A stretch of 40,088 nucleotides of DNA from Candidatus Eiseniibacteriota bacterium (GCA_044222365.1 JBGANH010000002.1:1-40088); one strand, 5' to 3'. Positions 18,301 through 29,417 are shown, counted from the first letter of the stretch. Program-made: numbers and translations. Notes: generated by a model not told the origin, from the sequence alone.

Positions 18301-18452
18301 ACCGTGCGGCCGCCCCGGTGCGGGCCGATGCAGCGCCAGCGCAGCTCGGAAAACAGCGAAGCATCCTGCGCGAACGCCATGGCGGCGAGCGCGAGCGAGG
18401 CGAACAGCGTGGCGGAAGCGAGAGCGAGCACAGCGCGGAAGCGGGGCGTCAT
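15360..18452 (-). CDS. BNR/Asp-box repeat, sortilin/VPS10-like beta-propeller protein (secreted)
   Basis: Signal peptide, then repeated S.D.G.TW Asp-box motifs (TTDYGRTW, SDDAGATW, TTDGGRTW, SEDGGTTW, STDGGRTF, THDHGRTW, TRDGGRTW). 1030 aa. Confidence 0.85.
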   Translation of the reverse strand: MTPRFRAVLALASATLFASLALAAMAFAQDASLFSELRWRCIGPHRGGRTVAAVGVPQTRGLFYVGVNNGGVWRTTDYGRTWRPIFDEQPTQSIGAIAVAPSNPATIYVGSGEGLQRPDLSVGDGMYRSDDAGATWRHLGLKDARQIPAIAVDPVDPNRVFVAALGHPYGPNAERGVFRTTDGGRTWERVLHTDDDTGAMDVALDPANPRVLYAVLWAARQAPWENGWSLSAKNGLWKSEDGGTTWRRIGAGLPTGDEGLGRIGIGTCPSDPKRLYAITSGSKGGGLYRSDDSGEHFRLVNADPRLCERNGDFDEVKADPTNADVVYVGNVVAWKSTDGGRTFEAFRGAPGGDDYHRFWIDPHDPRVILLAGDQGAVITVNGGESWSSWYNQPTAQFFHVATDFDWPYHVYGGQQESGSAGVASRGRDGAITLREWHPVGVEEYGYVAPDPVHAHFIFGGKITRYDRRTGDVKNVSPDPLRRQPLRWVRTMPVTWHPAQAHELLLGANVVFSSFDDGEHWTTISPDLTRESYDTPPSMGAFAALDGEKGKHRGVVYTIAGSPRSAALIWAGTDDGLVHVTHDHGRTWTNVTPPALTPWSKVSMLEASYADSNVAYAAINRFRLDDYAPHVWRTRDGGRTWEQIVNGLPPDVVVNAVREDPTTPSLLYAATERGVFMSFDAGDHWQSLRYNLPTTSVRDLVVKDADLVIGTHGRSFWILDDVTPLRQAAAIATARASGQAHLCKPALATRVRWNRNTDTPIPPDEPAGQNPPDGAVIDYVLARDAKGPVTLEVIDGDTGTVCSWSTTDSVRAVRTEDQTPWYWMRNEQALSAKAGAHRFVWNLRTDPPPTDDRGWGMAAIEHDTPVEPRGAWVTPGVYHLHLTVDGHVYEQLLHVRMDPRSPATMADLDEQYSLSAKLLAIWRADARLATRMRALRSRVTGTDAASDSLRRDLAALEGRGGGPWWARGGGGRDCAALATDCSRALDQIQRADDAPTAALAAAAPEAERALAALLERERGLLARARALGVKP

Positions 18453-18574
18453 GCGGCGGTCCTCCGTTCGACGGGCAGGTGACGGTCGGCCGCATGCTAA
18501 CCGCGTCGCCCGAGTTGTCCTACTCTGTCCCGCGTCCGGTGCCGCACACCGTCCCTCGTCTGGGAGACTCGCGC

Positions 18575-19638
<1,064 letters not shown>

Positions 19639-19639
<1 letters not shown>

Positions 19640-21831
19640 TGGGGCGCGCGGTCGTGCTGTCGGTGGCGCTGCTGGCGTTCACGGCTTCGTCCACGCACGC
19701 GCTCACGCCGGCGCCGGCCGAGCTCGCGCGCTGGCGGGCGCGGGCCGCACGAGTGACCGTCACGCGCGACACGTGGGGCATCGCACACGTGCACGGGCGC
19801 TCCGACGCCGACGCCGTGTTCGGCATGGAGTACGCGCAGGCGGAGGACGACTTCGCGCGCGTCGAGTGGAACTACGTCGTCGCGTTGGGACGCCGCGCCG
19901 AGGTCGAGGGGGAGGGCGCGGTGTTCGCCGACCTGCGCCAGCGGCTGTTCGTGTGCGACGACTCGCTTCGCGCGCAGTACCGGCGCAGTCCCGCGTCGCT
20001 GCGCGCGCTCATGGACGCATTCGCCGACGGGCTCAACTTCTACCTGTACCGCCACCCGAACGTGACGCCGCGCGTGATCACGCGGTTCGAGCCGTGGATG
20101 GCGCTGTCGTTCACCGAGGGCAGCATCGGCGGCGACATCGAGCGCGTGAGCGTGCCCGATTTGGCGGCGTTCTACGGCGACAGTGCGCTGGCGCCGCGCC
20201 GGAGGCGCGGAGACGGTGAAGACCCGCTCGCCGAACCGTCCGGCTCGAACGGCTTCGCGATCGCGCCTGCGCGCACCGCGGGCGGCCACTCACTGCTCTG
20301 GATCAACCCGCACACGTCGTACTACTTCCGCTCCGAGCTGCAGATGACGAGCGACGAAGGGCTGAACGCGTACGGCGCCGTGACGTGGGGGCAGTTCTTC
20401 GTCTACCAGGGCTTCAACGCGCACTGTGGCTGGATGCACACCTCGAGCGGCGTGGACAACATCGACGAGTTCGCCGAGACCATCACGCGGCGCGGCGACG
20501 CGTTCTTCCAGCGCCGCGGCGCGCGCGAGGTGCCGGTGCGCGAGCGGCTCGTGCTCATACGCTACCGGTCCGGCGACATGCTCGCCGCCCGCACGTTCCG
20601 CGCATTCTTCACGACGCACGGGCCCGTCGTGCGCCGAGCCGGCGACCGCTGGATCGCCGTGAGCCTCATGAACAGGCCGATCGAAGCGCTCACGCAGTCC
20701 TACGGTCGCACGAAGGCCCGCGGCCTGGCCGAGTTTCGTGCGCTCATGGAGCTGCACGCGAACTCGTCGAACAACACCGTGTTCGCCGACGACGCGGGAC
20801 ACGTCGCTTACTTCCATTCGAACTACATTCCGCGCCGCGACACGACGCTCGACTGGCTCGTGCCGGTCGACGGCTCGCGGCCCGAGTTCGACTACCGCGG
20901 ACTGCTGGGCGTGGACGAGTCGCCGAACGCCGTGAACCCGGCGAGCGGCTGGGTGCAGAACTGCAACGACTGGCCGTGGTCGTGCGCGGGAGAGACGAGC
21001 CCACGCCGTGAGGCCTTCCCGCGCATGGTCGAGGTGTCGAACGAAGAAACGCCACGCGGTGAGCACGCCGTACGGCTGCTCGCCGCGAAGCGCGACTGGA
21101 CCATGGAGTCGTTGGCCGCCGCGGCGTTCGATCCCGCGCTGCCCGCCTTCGACCGGCTGCTGCCGCGGTTGTTCGCGGCGTACGACGGGGCCGCGCCCGG
21201 TTCGTCCGAGCGCGCGCGGTTCGCCGCGCCGATCGACACTCTGCGCGCGTGGGACCGCACGTGGAGCGCCGCGTCGGCCGCCACCGCGCTCGCCGTGCAC
21301 TGGGGCGAGGCGATCGTGCGCGATGTGGCGCGCGACGCCACCGCGGCGCGCGTCACGCCGATCACGTGGGCCGTGACGCGTTCGCCCGGCGCGCAGCTGC
21401 TGGCCGCGCTCGGCGCTGCGACCGACACGCTGACGACGCTCTACGGCGACTGGCGCACGCCGTGGGGCGACGTGAACCGCTTCCAGCGGCTCGACGCCGC
21501 GATCGACCCGCACTTCGACGATGCGAAACCCAGCCTCGCCATTCCGTTCGCGTCCGGCACGTGGGGCTCGCTCGCTTCGTCGGGCTCGCGGCAGTGGCCC
21601 GGCACGCGAAAGCGCTATTCGACGAGCGGCAACAGCTTCCTCGCTGCGATCGAGTTCGGCGACACGTTGCGAGCCGTCGCCGTGACCGCCGGCGGCGTCA
21701 GTGGCGATCCCGCTTCGCCGCACTTCGACGACCAGGCGGAACGATTCGTCACCGGCCGCCTGCGCGAGGTGTGGTTCCACCCATGGCAGCTCGCGGCGCA
21801 CACCGAACGCCGGTACCGGCCGGGGGAGTAG
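19639..21831 (+). CDS. penicillin acylase family Ntn-hydrolase (possible acyl-homoserine-lactone/beta-lactam acylase)
   Basis: ATG overlaps the namA stop (TGATG). Signal peptide. GSNGFAIAP provides the putative N-terminal Ser nucleophile after autoprocessing. Family-like MEYAQAEDDF. Confidence 0.87.
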
Positions 21832-21849
21832 GCGCGAGCCCCGAACGCA

Positions 21850-21883
21850 CGCCGGCCCGGCGGATCGCTCCGCCGGGCCGGCG
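21850..21883. terminator. bidirectional terminator hairpin between convergent acylase and preA genes
   Basis: Perfect 15-bp stem CGCCGGCCCGGCGGA / TCCGCCGGGCCGGCG with loop TCGC. Confidence 0.65.
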
Positions 21884-21912
21884 CGTGACGTGGTGAGGCC
21901 GTGCCGCGGACT

Positions 21913-23247
21913 TCAGCCCCGCAGACCGCCCGGGACCTTGTTCGTCCCCTTGGCGATGCGGTCGTTCCAGCTCTCGAACGGCTTGCCGCGCGTGTCGTCC
22001 ACCATCGTGATGCAGCCGGGCACGGGGCAGACGTGCGAGCACAGGTTGCAGCCCGTGCACTCGTCCCAGTCCACCCACGGCACGTGCACGCCGGTGGCGT
22101 TCGCCTTCGCGATCGCCCGCTCGCGCGTCGGCGCGCGATGGCCTTCGTGCAGCGGCTCGCCCGCGGTGTGGATGCAGTGCACCGACGTGTCGCGGCACGC
22201 CACGTAGCACAGGTCGCAGCCGATGCACTTCTCGGGGTCGATCTGGGCGGCGACCTTGTAGTTGAGGTCGAGATCGCCCCACTCGCTGTACGCGCCGAGC
22301 GCCTTGCCGCGGAGTTCGTTCACCGACTTCATGCCCTTCTCGTCGAGGAAGTTCGACAGGCCGTCGATCATGTCCTCCACGATCCGGAAGCCGTAGTGCA
22401 TGGCGGCGGTGCACACCTGCGTCGTCGTGCAGCCCATCGCGATGAACTCCGCCGCGTCACGCCACGTCGCGATGCCGCCGATGCCCGAGATCGGCACCGT
22501 GATGCGCGGGTCGCGTCCGAGCGCGCTCACCATGTGCAGCGCGATCGGCTTCACCGCCGGTCCGCAGTAGCCGCCGTTGGTCGAGCGGTTGCCGACGACG
22601 GGGTAGGGCACCATCTTGTCGAGGTCCACGCCGACGATGCTCTTGATGGTGTTGATCAGCGACAGCCCGTGCGCGCCGGCTTCGACGGCCGCGGCGCCGG
22701 GCACGGTGATGTCGCCGACGTTCGGCGTGAGCTTCACGAGCACCGGCACGGTCGAGTACTGCACCGCCCAGCCGGCGACGACCTTGAGCACTTCGGGCTC
22801 CTGGCCGACCGCCGAGCCCATGCCGCGCTCGCACATGCCGTGCGGGCAGCCGAAGTTCAGTTCGAGGCCATCGGCGCCGGCGTCGATCACCATCTTGATG
22901 ATGTCGCGCCAGTCTTCCTGCGACTCGACCATCAGCGACGCGATGACCGCGTGCTTCGGGTACTTGCGCTTCACCTCGCGCATTTCGCGCAGGTTCACTT
23001 CGAGCGGCCGGTCGGTGATCAGCTCGATGTTGTTGAAGCCGACCATGCGCGAGTTGCCGACGTCGATCGAACCGAAGCGGCTCGACGTGTCCACGATCGG
23101 GTCGCCGAGCGTCTTCCACACCGCGCCGCCCCAGCCGTGATCGAACGCGCGCATGATCTGGTCGCCGGAGTTGGTCGGCGGCGCGCTCGCGAGCCAGAAG
23201 GGGTTCGGCGACTGGATGCCGGCCATGTTGACGGAGAGGTCTGCCAT
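21913..23247 (-). CDS. preA: NAD-dependent dihydropyrimidine dehydrogenase subunit PreA
   Basis: DHOD-like TIM-barrel motifs (LELNFGCPHGM, GGYCGPAVKPIAL) plus two C-terminal 4Fe-4S motifs CIGCDLCYVAC and CTGCNLCSHVCP. Confidence 0.92.
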   Translation of the reverse strand: MADLSVNMAGIQSPNPFWLASAPPTNSGDQIMRAFDHGWGGAVWKTLGDPIVDTSSRFGSIDVGNSRMVGFNNIELITDRPLEVNLREMREVKRKYPKHAVIASLMVESQEDWRDIIKMVIDAGADGLELNFGCPHGMCERGMGSAVGQEPEVLKVVAGWAVQYSTVPVLVKLTPNVGDITVPGAAAVEAGAHGLSLINTIKSIVGVDLDKMVPYPVVGNRSTNGGYCGPAVKPIALHMVSALGRDPRITVPISGIGGIATWRDAAEFIAMGCTTTQVCTAAMHYGFRIVEDMIDGLSNFLDEKGMKSVNELRGKALGAYSEWGDLDLNYKVAAQIDPEKCIGCDLCYVACRDTSVHCIHTAGEPLHEGHRAPTRERAIAKANATGVHVPWVDWDECTGCNLCSHVCPVPGCITMVDDTRGKPFESWNDRIAKGTNKVPGGLRG

Positions 23248-23331
23248 GCGGGACTCACGATGTTGGCCGGCCGAAGCCGGCGGTGGTGAGGGCTCTCGGC
23301 CCCCGAAAGGTCGGAGTGGGTCGAAAGTCTT

Positions 23332-24639
23332 CTAACGATGTCCCGCCAGCATCGGCGAGTCCGGCCGCACGGTGACGCCGCAGGCCGAGGCGATGGCGCG
23401 CGCGGCGCGCTTGCCGTCCTGCGCCGCGGTCACGACGAGTTCGCCGCCGGTCACGTCGCCGCCGACGAACACCTTCGGGTTCCCGGTCGCGCCGCTCATC
23501 GGATCGGCGATCGCGAGGCCCTTGTCGTTCACCGCCACACCCGCGAACTGCGACACGACCGCGCCGAGCTTGCCCTGCCCGATCGCGACGACGGCCAAGT
23601 CGCACGCGACCTCGCGGCCGTCGGCCAGCGCGAGCGCCGCGAGCTTGCCGTCCTGCCGCACGAACTGCTTCGGCGTCGCCTTCTCGATCAGCCGCACGCC
23701 TTCCTTGCGGGCCAGCTCGAGCTCGTGCTTGTAGCCCGGCATGTCGGCTTCGGTGCGGCGGTAGACGAGCGCCACGTCGGGCACGCCCAGCTTGGCCAGT
23801 TCGCGCACCACGTCAAGTGCGGTGTTGCCACCGCCGATCACGATCGCGCGCTTCACGCCGTCGAGCGAGTACGACTCGTCGAGCTTCATCTTCTCGACCC
23901 ACTCGACGCCGCCCAGCACGTTCGCGCCGTCCTCGCCCGGGATGCCGAGCTTCGAATCCGCACCGAGGCCCACGCCGACGAACACCGCGTCATGGTCGGC
24001 CACGAGCTTCTCGGCCGTGATCGTCCTGCCGATCTCGACGCCGGTCTTGATCGTCACGCCGAGCGAGCGGATGAACTCGACCTCGGCATCGGCGCCCTCA
24101 CCGTTCATCTTGTAGGGCGCGACGCCGGTGCGGTTCAGGCCGCCGGCCAGGTCGCGCTTCTCGTAAAGCGTCACCTCGAAACCTTCGATCGCCAGGTAAC
24201 CCGCACACGCGAGCGACGCGGGACCGGCGCCGACGCACGCGACGCGCTTGCCGTTCTTCGGCGCCCGGCTCAGCAGCGCCGCCGCGTCACCCTTGGCGAA
24301 CGCGGTCTCGACCGCGTAGCGCTGCAGGCGGCCGATCTGGATCGGCGGGTTGCGGTGCCATTCGTTGTACACGCACGAGCCGACGCACAGCGCCTCGACC
24401 GGGCACACCCGCGCGCACGAGTAGCCGAGCAGGTTGGCCGACAGAATGGTGCGGGCGGAGCCCTTCACGTTGCCGGTCGCGATCTTGCGGATGAACGTCG
24501 GGATGTCGATGCCGGTCGGGCAAGCCGTGATGCACGGCGCGTCGTGGCAGTAGAGGCAGCGGTTCGCCTCCGCCACGGCGTCGCCCGGAATGTAGTTCGG
24601 CTTCGAGTCGGCGATGCGGCTTTCGAGGGCCTGCTTCAA
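23332..24639 (-). CDS. preT: NAD-dependent dihydropyrimidine dehydrogenase subunit PreT
   Basis: TTG start overlaps the dihydropyrimidinase stop (TTGA). N-terminal Fe-S motif CLYCHDAPCITACP, dinucleotide fold VACVGAGPASLACAG, second fold VIGGGNTALD. Confidence 0.88.
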   Translation of the reverse strand: MKQALESRIADSKPNYIPGDAVAEANRCLYCHDAPCITACPTGIDIPTFIRKIATGNVKGSARTILSANLLGYSCARVCPVEALCVGSCVYNEWHRNPPIQIGRLQRYAVETAFAKGDAAALLSRAPKNGKRVACVGAGPASLACAGYLAIEGFEVTLYEKRDLAGGLNRTGVAPYKMNGEGADAEVEFIRSLGVTIKTGVEIGRTITAEKLVADHDAVFVGVGLGADSKLGIPGEDGANVLGGVEWVEKMKLDESYSLDGVKRAIVIGGGNTALDVVRELAKLGVPDVALVYRRTEADMPGYKHELELARKEGVRLIEKATPKQFVRQDGKLAALALADGREVACDLAVVAIGQGKLGAVVSQFAGVAVNDKGLAIADPMSGATGNPKVFVGGDVTGGELVVTAAQDGKRAARAIASACGVTVRPDSPMLAGHR

Positions 24640-26042
24640 ACCTTCACCTCCGCGTGCTGGGCGAAGTGGGTGGGCTTGCGCGTCACGAACCGGCCGCTGC
24701 CGCGCGTGGTCATGAGCTTCGAGCCGTCCCAGGCGATCTTGCCGTTCACGATCGTCGTGGCGACACGGCCGTACGTCTTGAAGCCCTCGAAGATGTTGCG
24801 GTCGCTCTTCGAGTGATGCGTCTTCGCGCTGCGCACGGACTCGCCGTTCGGATCGTAGAGCACGATGTCCGCGTCCATGCCGACCGCGATCGAGCCCTTC
24901 TTCGTGAGCCCGAAGATGCGCGCGGGAGCCGTGCTGCCGAGCTCGACCATGCGCTGCACGTCGAAGTGCCCGCCCTTCACGCCGTACGAGTACAGCATCG
25001 TGAGGCGGTCCTCGATGCCCGCGGCGCCGTTCGGGATCTTCGTGAAGTCGGAAAGCCCCATCTTCTTCTGCTCGTGCGTGAACGGGCAGTGGTCGGTGCC
25101 CACCGAGTCGAGCATGCCGTTCGAGACGCCGGCCCACAGCGCGTCGTGGTGGCCGACGTGGCCGGGGCGGATCGGCGGGCTCATCACGTACGCCGAGCCG
25201 CCGAAGTCCGGCTTCTGGAACACCGTGTCGTCGAGCAGCAGGTACTGCGGGCAGGTCTCGCCGTAGCAGCGCTGGCCCGACAGCTTCGCGCGCTCGAGCG
25301 CGTGTACGGCTTCCTTGCAGGTCATGTGCACGATGTAGGCGGTCGTGCCGTGCAGGCGCGCCATCATGAGCGCGCGCTCGGTGGCTTCGCCCTCGACCGC
25401 GCTCGGCCGCGAGACCGGATGGTATTCGGGGCCCATGCAGCCGGCGGCCACGAGTTCCTTCTGCAGCAGCGCCACCGCGTCGCCGTTCTCGGCGTGCACC
25501 GTGACGACCGCGCCGAGCTTCGCCGCTTCCTTCATGACCTGGTAGAGCTGGCCGTCGTCCACCATGATCGCGCCCTTGTAGGCCATGAACACCTTGAAGC
25601 TCGTGATGCCGTGCTTCTCGACCACTTCGCGCATCTCGGCCGCGGTGGTGGGCCCGAAGTTCGTGATCGCCATGTGGTACGTGTAGTCGGTGACGGCCTT
25701 CGCCGAGCGCTTGTGCCACTCCGCGATCGCGTCGGGCAGCGACTGCCCGGCGCCCTGCATGCAGAAGTCGATGATGCAGGTCGTGCCGCCCGCGATGCCG
25801 GAGGCCGTGCCCGACTCGAAGTCGTCGGCGCTCACGGTGCCCATGAACGGCAGCTCCATGTGCACGTGCGGATCGATGAAGCCCGGCATCACCAGCTTGC
25901 CCGCGGCGTCCACCACTTCTTCACCCGCGCGCGCTTCGAGCTTCGCGCCGATCTCGGTGATGGTGCCACCGTCCACGCGCAGGTCCGCGACGTAACGGTC
26001 GGAGGCGGTGACGATCTCGCCGCCCTTGATCAGGAGCCCCAT
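24636..26042 (-). CDS. hydA: dihydropyrimidinase (D-hydantoinase)
   Basis: ATG 26042 after GGAGGAAGG. PGFIDPHVHM metal-binding HxH, FKVFMAYKG (carbamylated Lys context), VHAENG, GTDHCPF. Confidence 0.92.
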   Translation of the reverse strand: MGLLIKGGEIVTASDRYVADLRVDGGTITEIGAKLEARAGEEVVDAAGKLVMPGFIDPHVHMELPFMGTVSADDFESGTASGIAGGTTCIIDFCMQGAGQSLPDAIAEWHKRSAKAVTDYTYHMAITNFGPTTAAEMREVVEKHGITSFKVFMAYKGAIMVDDGQLYQVMKEAAKLGAVVTVHAENGDAVALLQKELVAAGCMGPEYHPVSRPSAVEGEATERALMMARLHGTTAYIVHMTCKEAVHALERAKLSGQRCYGETCPQYLLLDDTVFQKPDFGGSAYVMSPPIRPGHVGHHDALWAGVSNGMLDSVGTDHCPFTHEQKKMGLSDFTKIPNGAAGIEDRLTMLYSYGVKGGHFDVQRMVELGSTAPARIFGLTKKGSIAVGMDADIVLYDPNGESVRSAKTHHSKSDRNIFEGFKTYGRVATTIVNGKIAWDGSKLMTTRGSGRFVTRKPTHFAQHAEVKV

Positions 26043-26540
26043 GGCCTTCCTCCGGAAAGGAAGCCGCGGTGCGGCCGGGGCAGTGGGCGCCGGTCCGCCG
26101 GGTCGCGACTTCGAAAATGGCTCGATGCCGGCCAAGTCGGGGCTCGCGGGACCCGTGTCTCCCGGCAGTTGGGTTTCGACTGCCGTGTGCGCAGCGCAGG
26201 AGCGCATCGCATCGCACGCGCGCGGAACGCGCACGGGCGCGGGAGAGTCTACACCGGGCGGGGCCGAATCCGAGTGGCCGAATTGCGGTGGCGGGTCTTC
26301 CCCCGTTCGCCGTCGCCGCCGGGCTGCGGAAACGCTTCGGCCGACCCGGGCGAATCCCGTGCGCGCGGCCGCCCGCGGTCACCCGGGACCGACCGGCGGG
26401 CGGGGCGGAATGCTCGCTCCGGGGGGGCGCCTGCGAGTTCGTCCTGTCGCCACCCGGCCGAGACGCGCCCGCGTTCGCCGCGTGGAACGTCACGCACGGC
26501 TGCCGTGGTGCCGTCACGGAGCGGCTGCCGCGCACGACGA

Positions 26541-26576
26541 ACGACAGCCGGCGGGATCGCTCCCGCCGGCCGTCGT
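26541..26576 (-). terminator. terminator hairpin after the S9 peptidase gene
   Basis: GCCGGCGGGA (26547-26556), loop TCGC, TCCCGCCGGC (26561-26570). The stem is extended by ACGAC/GTCGT around one mismatch. Confidence 0.6.
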
Positions 26577-26604
26577 CGTACCGCAGCGCCGCCGTGCCGC
26601 CGCG

Positions 26605-28584
26605 CTACCGGGCAGCTCCGATGGTCTCGTCGAAGAACTGCACCATGCGCTCGTTGAAGTAGATCCGGTTGTCGAGCTTCTGGAAGCCGTGGCCTTCGTC
26701 GGGCGCGATGAACACGCGCGGCGACTTGCCGCGATCCTTGAGCGCGACCGCGAGCTGCATGGCCTCCTCCACCGGCACGCGCGGGTCGTTGAACCCGTGG
26801 GCGATGAAGAACGGCACATTGAGCTTGTCGAGCTTGTGGATCGACGAGATCGACTTGAGGAACTCGGGGTCGGTGAGCGGGCCGTACTCCGCCTCGCGCA
26901 GCTTGCGCCGGTAGCCGCTCGTCTTCTCGAGGAAGCCCTTCATGTTCACGATCCCGACGATGTCGACGCAGGCACCGAACACGCGCTCCTTGCGCTCGCC
27001 CCGCGTCACGCGCTCCTGGTCCTCCACGATGCAGGCGACCGACATGAAGCCCCCGTACGAGCCGCCGTAGGCTGCGACGTGCCCGGCCGTCGCGTAGCCG
27101 TTGCGCACGAGCCATTCCGCCGCGTCGACTCCGTCACGCACGGAGTCCCAGCGCTTCTTGTAGTCGTCGAGCATCTGGAACGCCCGGCCATAGCCCGTCG
27201 ATCCGCGCACGTTGGGCATCAGAATGCCGAAGCCGCGCGCGAGGAAGTACTGCATCGGCGCGCTGAACGTCGGCCGGCTCTGGCCCTCGGGCCCGCCGTG
27301 GTAAACGATCACGAACGGAATCGCCTTGCCCTTCGCGGCACCCGGCGGCATGAAGAGGAACGCGGGGATCGACTTGCCGTCGAACGCGGTGTAGTGGATC
27401 AGCTCGGGCAGCGGGAACGACGCGAGGTCGATGCCCTGATCGGCGACCCACGTGAGCTGGCGCGTCGCGAGGCCCGCGTCCTTCGCGCCCTTCGCGGGCC
27501 ACGTGGTGGCGTACGAAACACCCGGGATGCGCGCGTTGGTGTTCTGCCACACGAGCGTGCGACCGAGGAACGCACCGCCGCCCACGACGCCGCGCTCCAT
27601 CGCCGGCACGGGGAGCGGCCTGAAGTCGGGCAGCGAGTACACGTGCAGCGTGCCGTAGCCGTCCTCGTTGGTCTCGACCGCGAGCAGATCGCCCTCGGAG
27701 TTGACCTGCGCTCCGTCGATCTCGAACGCGTGCAGTGCCGGCAGCGGTTCGGTCACCTTGCCCGTGCGCAGGTCGCGCACGTAGAGGCGCGAGATGCCGT
27801 CACGGAAGTCGGAGGCCATGATCACCGCACGCTCGCCGGGCATGTAGCCGACGAAGCCGCACGCGGCCGTCGCGTCGGCGGGCTTCAGCGTGAGGTCCGT
27901 GAGCTTCCCGCTCGCCGCGTCCAGTTCGAACGCGCGCGTGTCGGACGCCGAGATCTCGTGAACGACGAGCACGCGCGAGCCGTCGCGCGTGAGCGTGCGC
28001 GCGCTCCACGAGCCGGCTTCGCCGAGCAGGCGCGTGGCCTTGCCGCTCGCGAGGTCGTACCGGTAGAGGTGGAAGTCGGAGGGGCTCTCGTCGTTCGCCG
28101 AGTAGACGAAGGCCGAGCCGTCCCACATCCACGACTGCACGGACGCCTGCACCTTCGGGTTCGCGAGCACTGGCGTGGTCGCGCGCGTGGGCGAATCGAG
28201 GTCCATGAGTGTCAGCTGCGTGTTCTCGTTCCCGCCCTGTGCGTGCATCAGCACGACCCAGCGCCCCTTCGGGCTGACGGAGAAGCCGGCGAGGCCGTCG
28301 GTGAAGCGGGTCAGCCGTTCGCTGCGCGCTGCAGCGGGCGAGTAGTCGGGTGCGATCGGGCTCCCGCCCGGCGTCACGCGGTAGAGCTGGAAGACGCCGT
28401 CGGGCCAGTCGCGCAACAGTAGAGAACCGTCCGGCAGCACCACCGGCGCACCGGGTGTGCGGATCTTGAGGAACTGCTCCACGGAAGGCGCGGAACCGTG
28501 TGCGGGTGACTGGGCGAAAGCGAACAGGGGCGACGCGAGCACGACGAGGGCGACGACGGCGCTGAAAGCCGAGAGACGGCGCAT
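26605..28584 (-). CDS. S9 family serine peptidase (prolyl oligopeptidase/acylaminoacyl-peptidase type), secreted
   Basis: ATG 28584 after GGAGGAG. Signal peptide MRRLSAFSAVVALVVLASPLFAFA. Nucleophile elbow GGSYGG, later AHGFNDPRVP and the catalytic His context EGHGF. Confidence 0.9.
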   Translation of the reverse strand: MRRLSAFSAVVALVVLASPLFAFAQSPAHGSAPSVEQFLKIRTPGAPVVLPDGSLLLRDWPDGVFQLYRVTPGGSPIAPDYSPAAARSERLTRFTDGLAGFSVSPKGRWVVLMHAQGGNENTQLTLMDLDSPTRATTPVLANPKVQASVQSWMWDGSAFVYSANDESPSDFHLYRYDLASGKATRLLGEAGSWSARTLTRDGSRVLVVHEISASDTRAFELDAASGKLTDLTLKPADATAACGFVGYMPGERAVIMASDFRDGISRLYVRDLRTGKVTEPLPALHAFEIDGAQVNSEGDLLAVETNEDGYGTLHVYSLPDFRPLPVPAMERGVVGGGAFLGRTLVWQNTNARIPGVSYATTWPAKGAKDAGLATRQLTWVADQGIDLASFPLPELIHYTAFDGKSIPAFLFMPPGAAKGKAIPFVIVYHGGPEGQSRPTFSAPMQYFLARGFGILMPNVRGSTGYGRAFQMLDDYKKRWDSVRDGVDAAEWLVRNGYATAGHVAAYGGSYGGFMSVACIVEDQERVTRGERKERVFGACVDIVGIVNMKGFLEKTSGYRRKLREAEYGPLTDPEFLKSISSIHKLDKLNVPFFIAHGFNDPRVPVEEAMQLAVALKDRGKSPRVFIAPDEGHGFQKLDNRIYFNERMVQFFDETIGAAR

Positions 28585-28778
28585 GCACTCCTCCTGGGTT
28601 CCCGGGACGACGCCGGTCGATCTGCGGCCGGCGCGGTCGCGCACGCTACTACCGATGACCCCGCGGCGGGTAGGCGAGATGCACGCATGCGGACCGCGAT
28701 CGGACGATCGTCGCGGTACCTTCCTCGAGCGCAGATTGGCCTCGGTCGCACTTTCACGGACTGCTAGACTGTTCGCCC

Positions 28779-29417
28779 ATGTTCGACCTTCGCCTGCCCC
28801 GCCTCCTGCTCCTCGGCGTCTGCATCGCCCTCGTCGCGTTCGTGGCCACCGCCGCGCACGCGGGCGAGCGCGGCGCGTCGCGTGGCGAGCCCCGGCTCGT
28901 GATCCCGGGCCCCGGCGTCCTGCGCGCGGGCCAGGAAGTCGAGCTGCGCTGGACCGGGGGTGAGGGCGAGGGCGACGAGCTCGAGATCATGCTCACGATC
29001 GAGAGCCCGCACCGCCGCACGCTGCAGATCTCGCCGCACCTCGATCCGGAACGAGGCGTGTTCGTGTGGCGGGTGCCGGAACTGGGTCACGTTTCGGGCC
29101 GGTTCCGCGTGCGCTACGAACGCGATCACCACGAGGTCGAGGGCACGCCTTCAGCCTGCTACGAGATCCTCTCGGCCGTCGGCCCGCCCATCGCCCCTGC
29201 GCTCCTGCCCGACGCGACGCTCCCGGGCGCTCCCGCGAGCGGTCCGGTGCGCGAGGCGCGAGTGCCGGACGCCGAACGCGAAACGAGCCGCCTCGTCGAC
29301 GGTGGCCGCCAGCAGCGCGCCTCGACGTCGGAAGTGAGCCCGGCCCCGTCCTGGGTGGTCGGTGCTCCCCAGTCCCGAGATTGCCGCACACCTGCCTTCG
29401 TTCCCGCGCGGAACTGA
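28779..29417 (+). CDS. hypothetical secreted protein
   Basis: ATG start, signal peptide LLLLGVCIALVAFVATAAHA, strongly GC-biased third positions over most of the ORF. No recognisable catalytic motif and no clear SD. Confidence 0.5.
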   Translation: MFDLRLPRLLLLGVCIALVAFVATAAHAGERGASRGEPRLVIPGPGVLRAGQEVELRWTGGEGEGDELEIMLTIESPHRRTLQISPHLDPERGVFVWRVPELGHVSGRFRVRYERDHHEVEGTPSACYEILSAVGPPIAPALLPDATLPGAPASGPVREARVPDAERETSRLVDGGRQQRASTSEVSPAPSWVVGAPQSRDCRTPAFVPARN

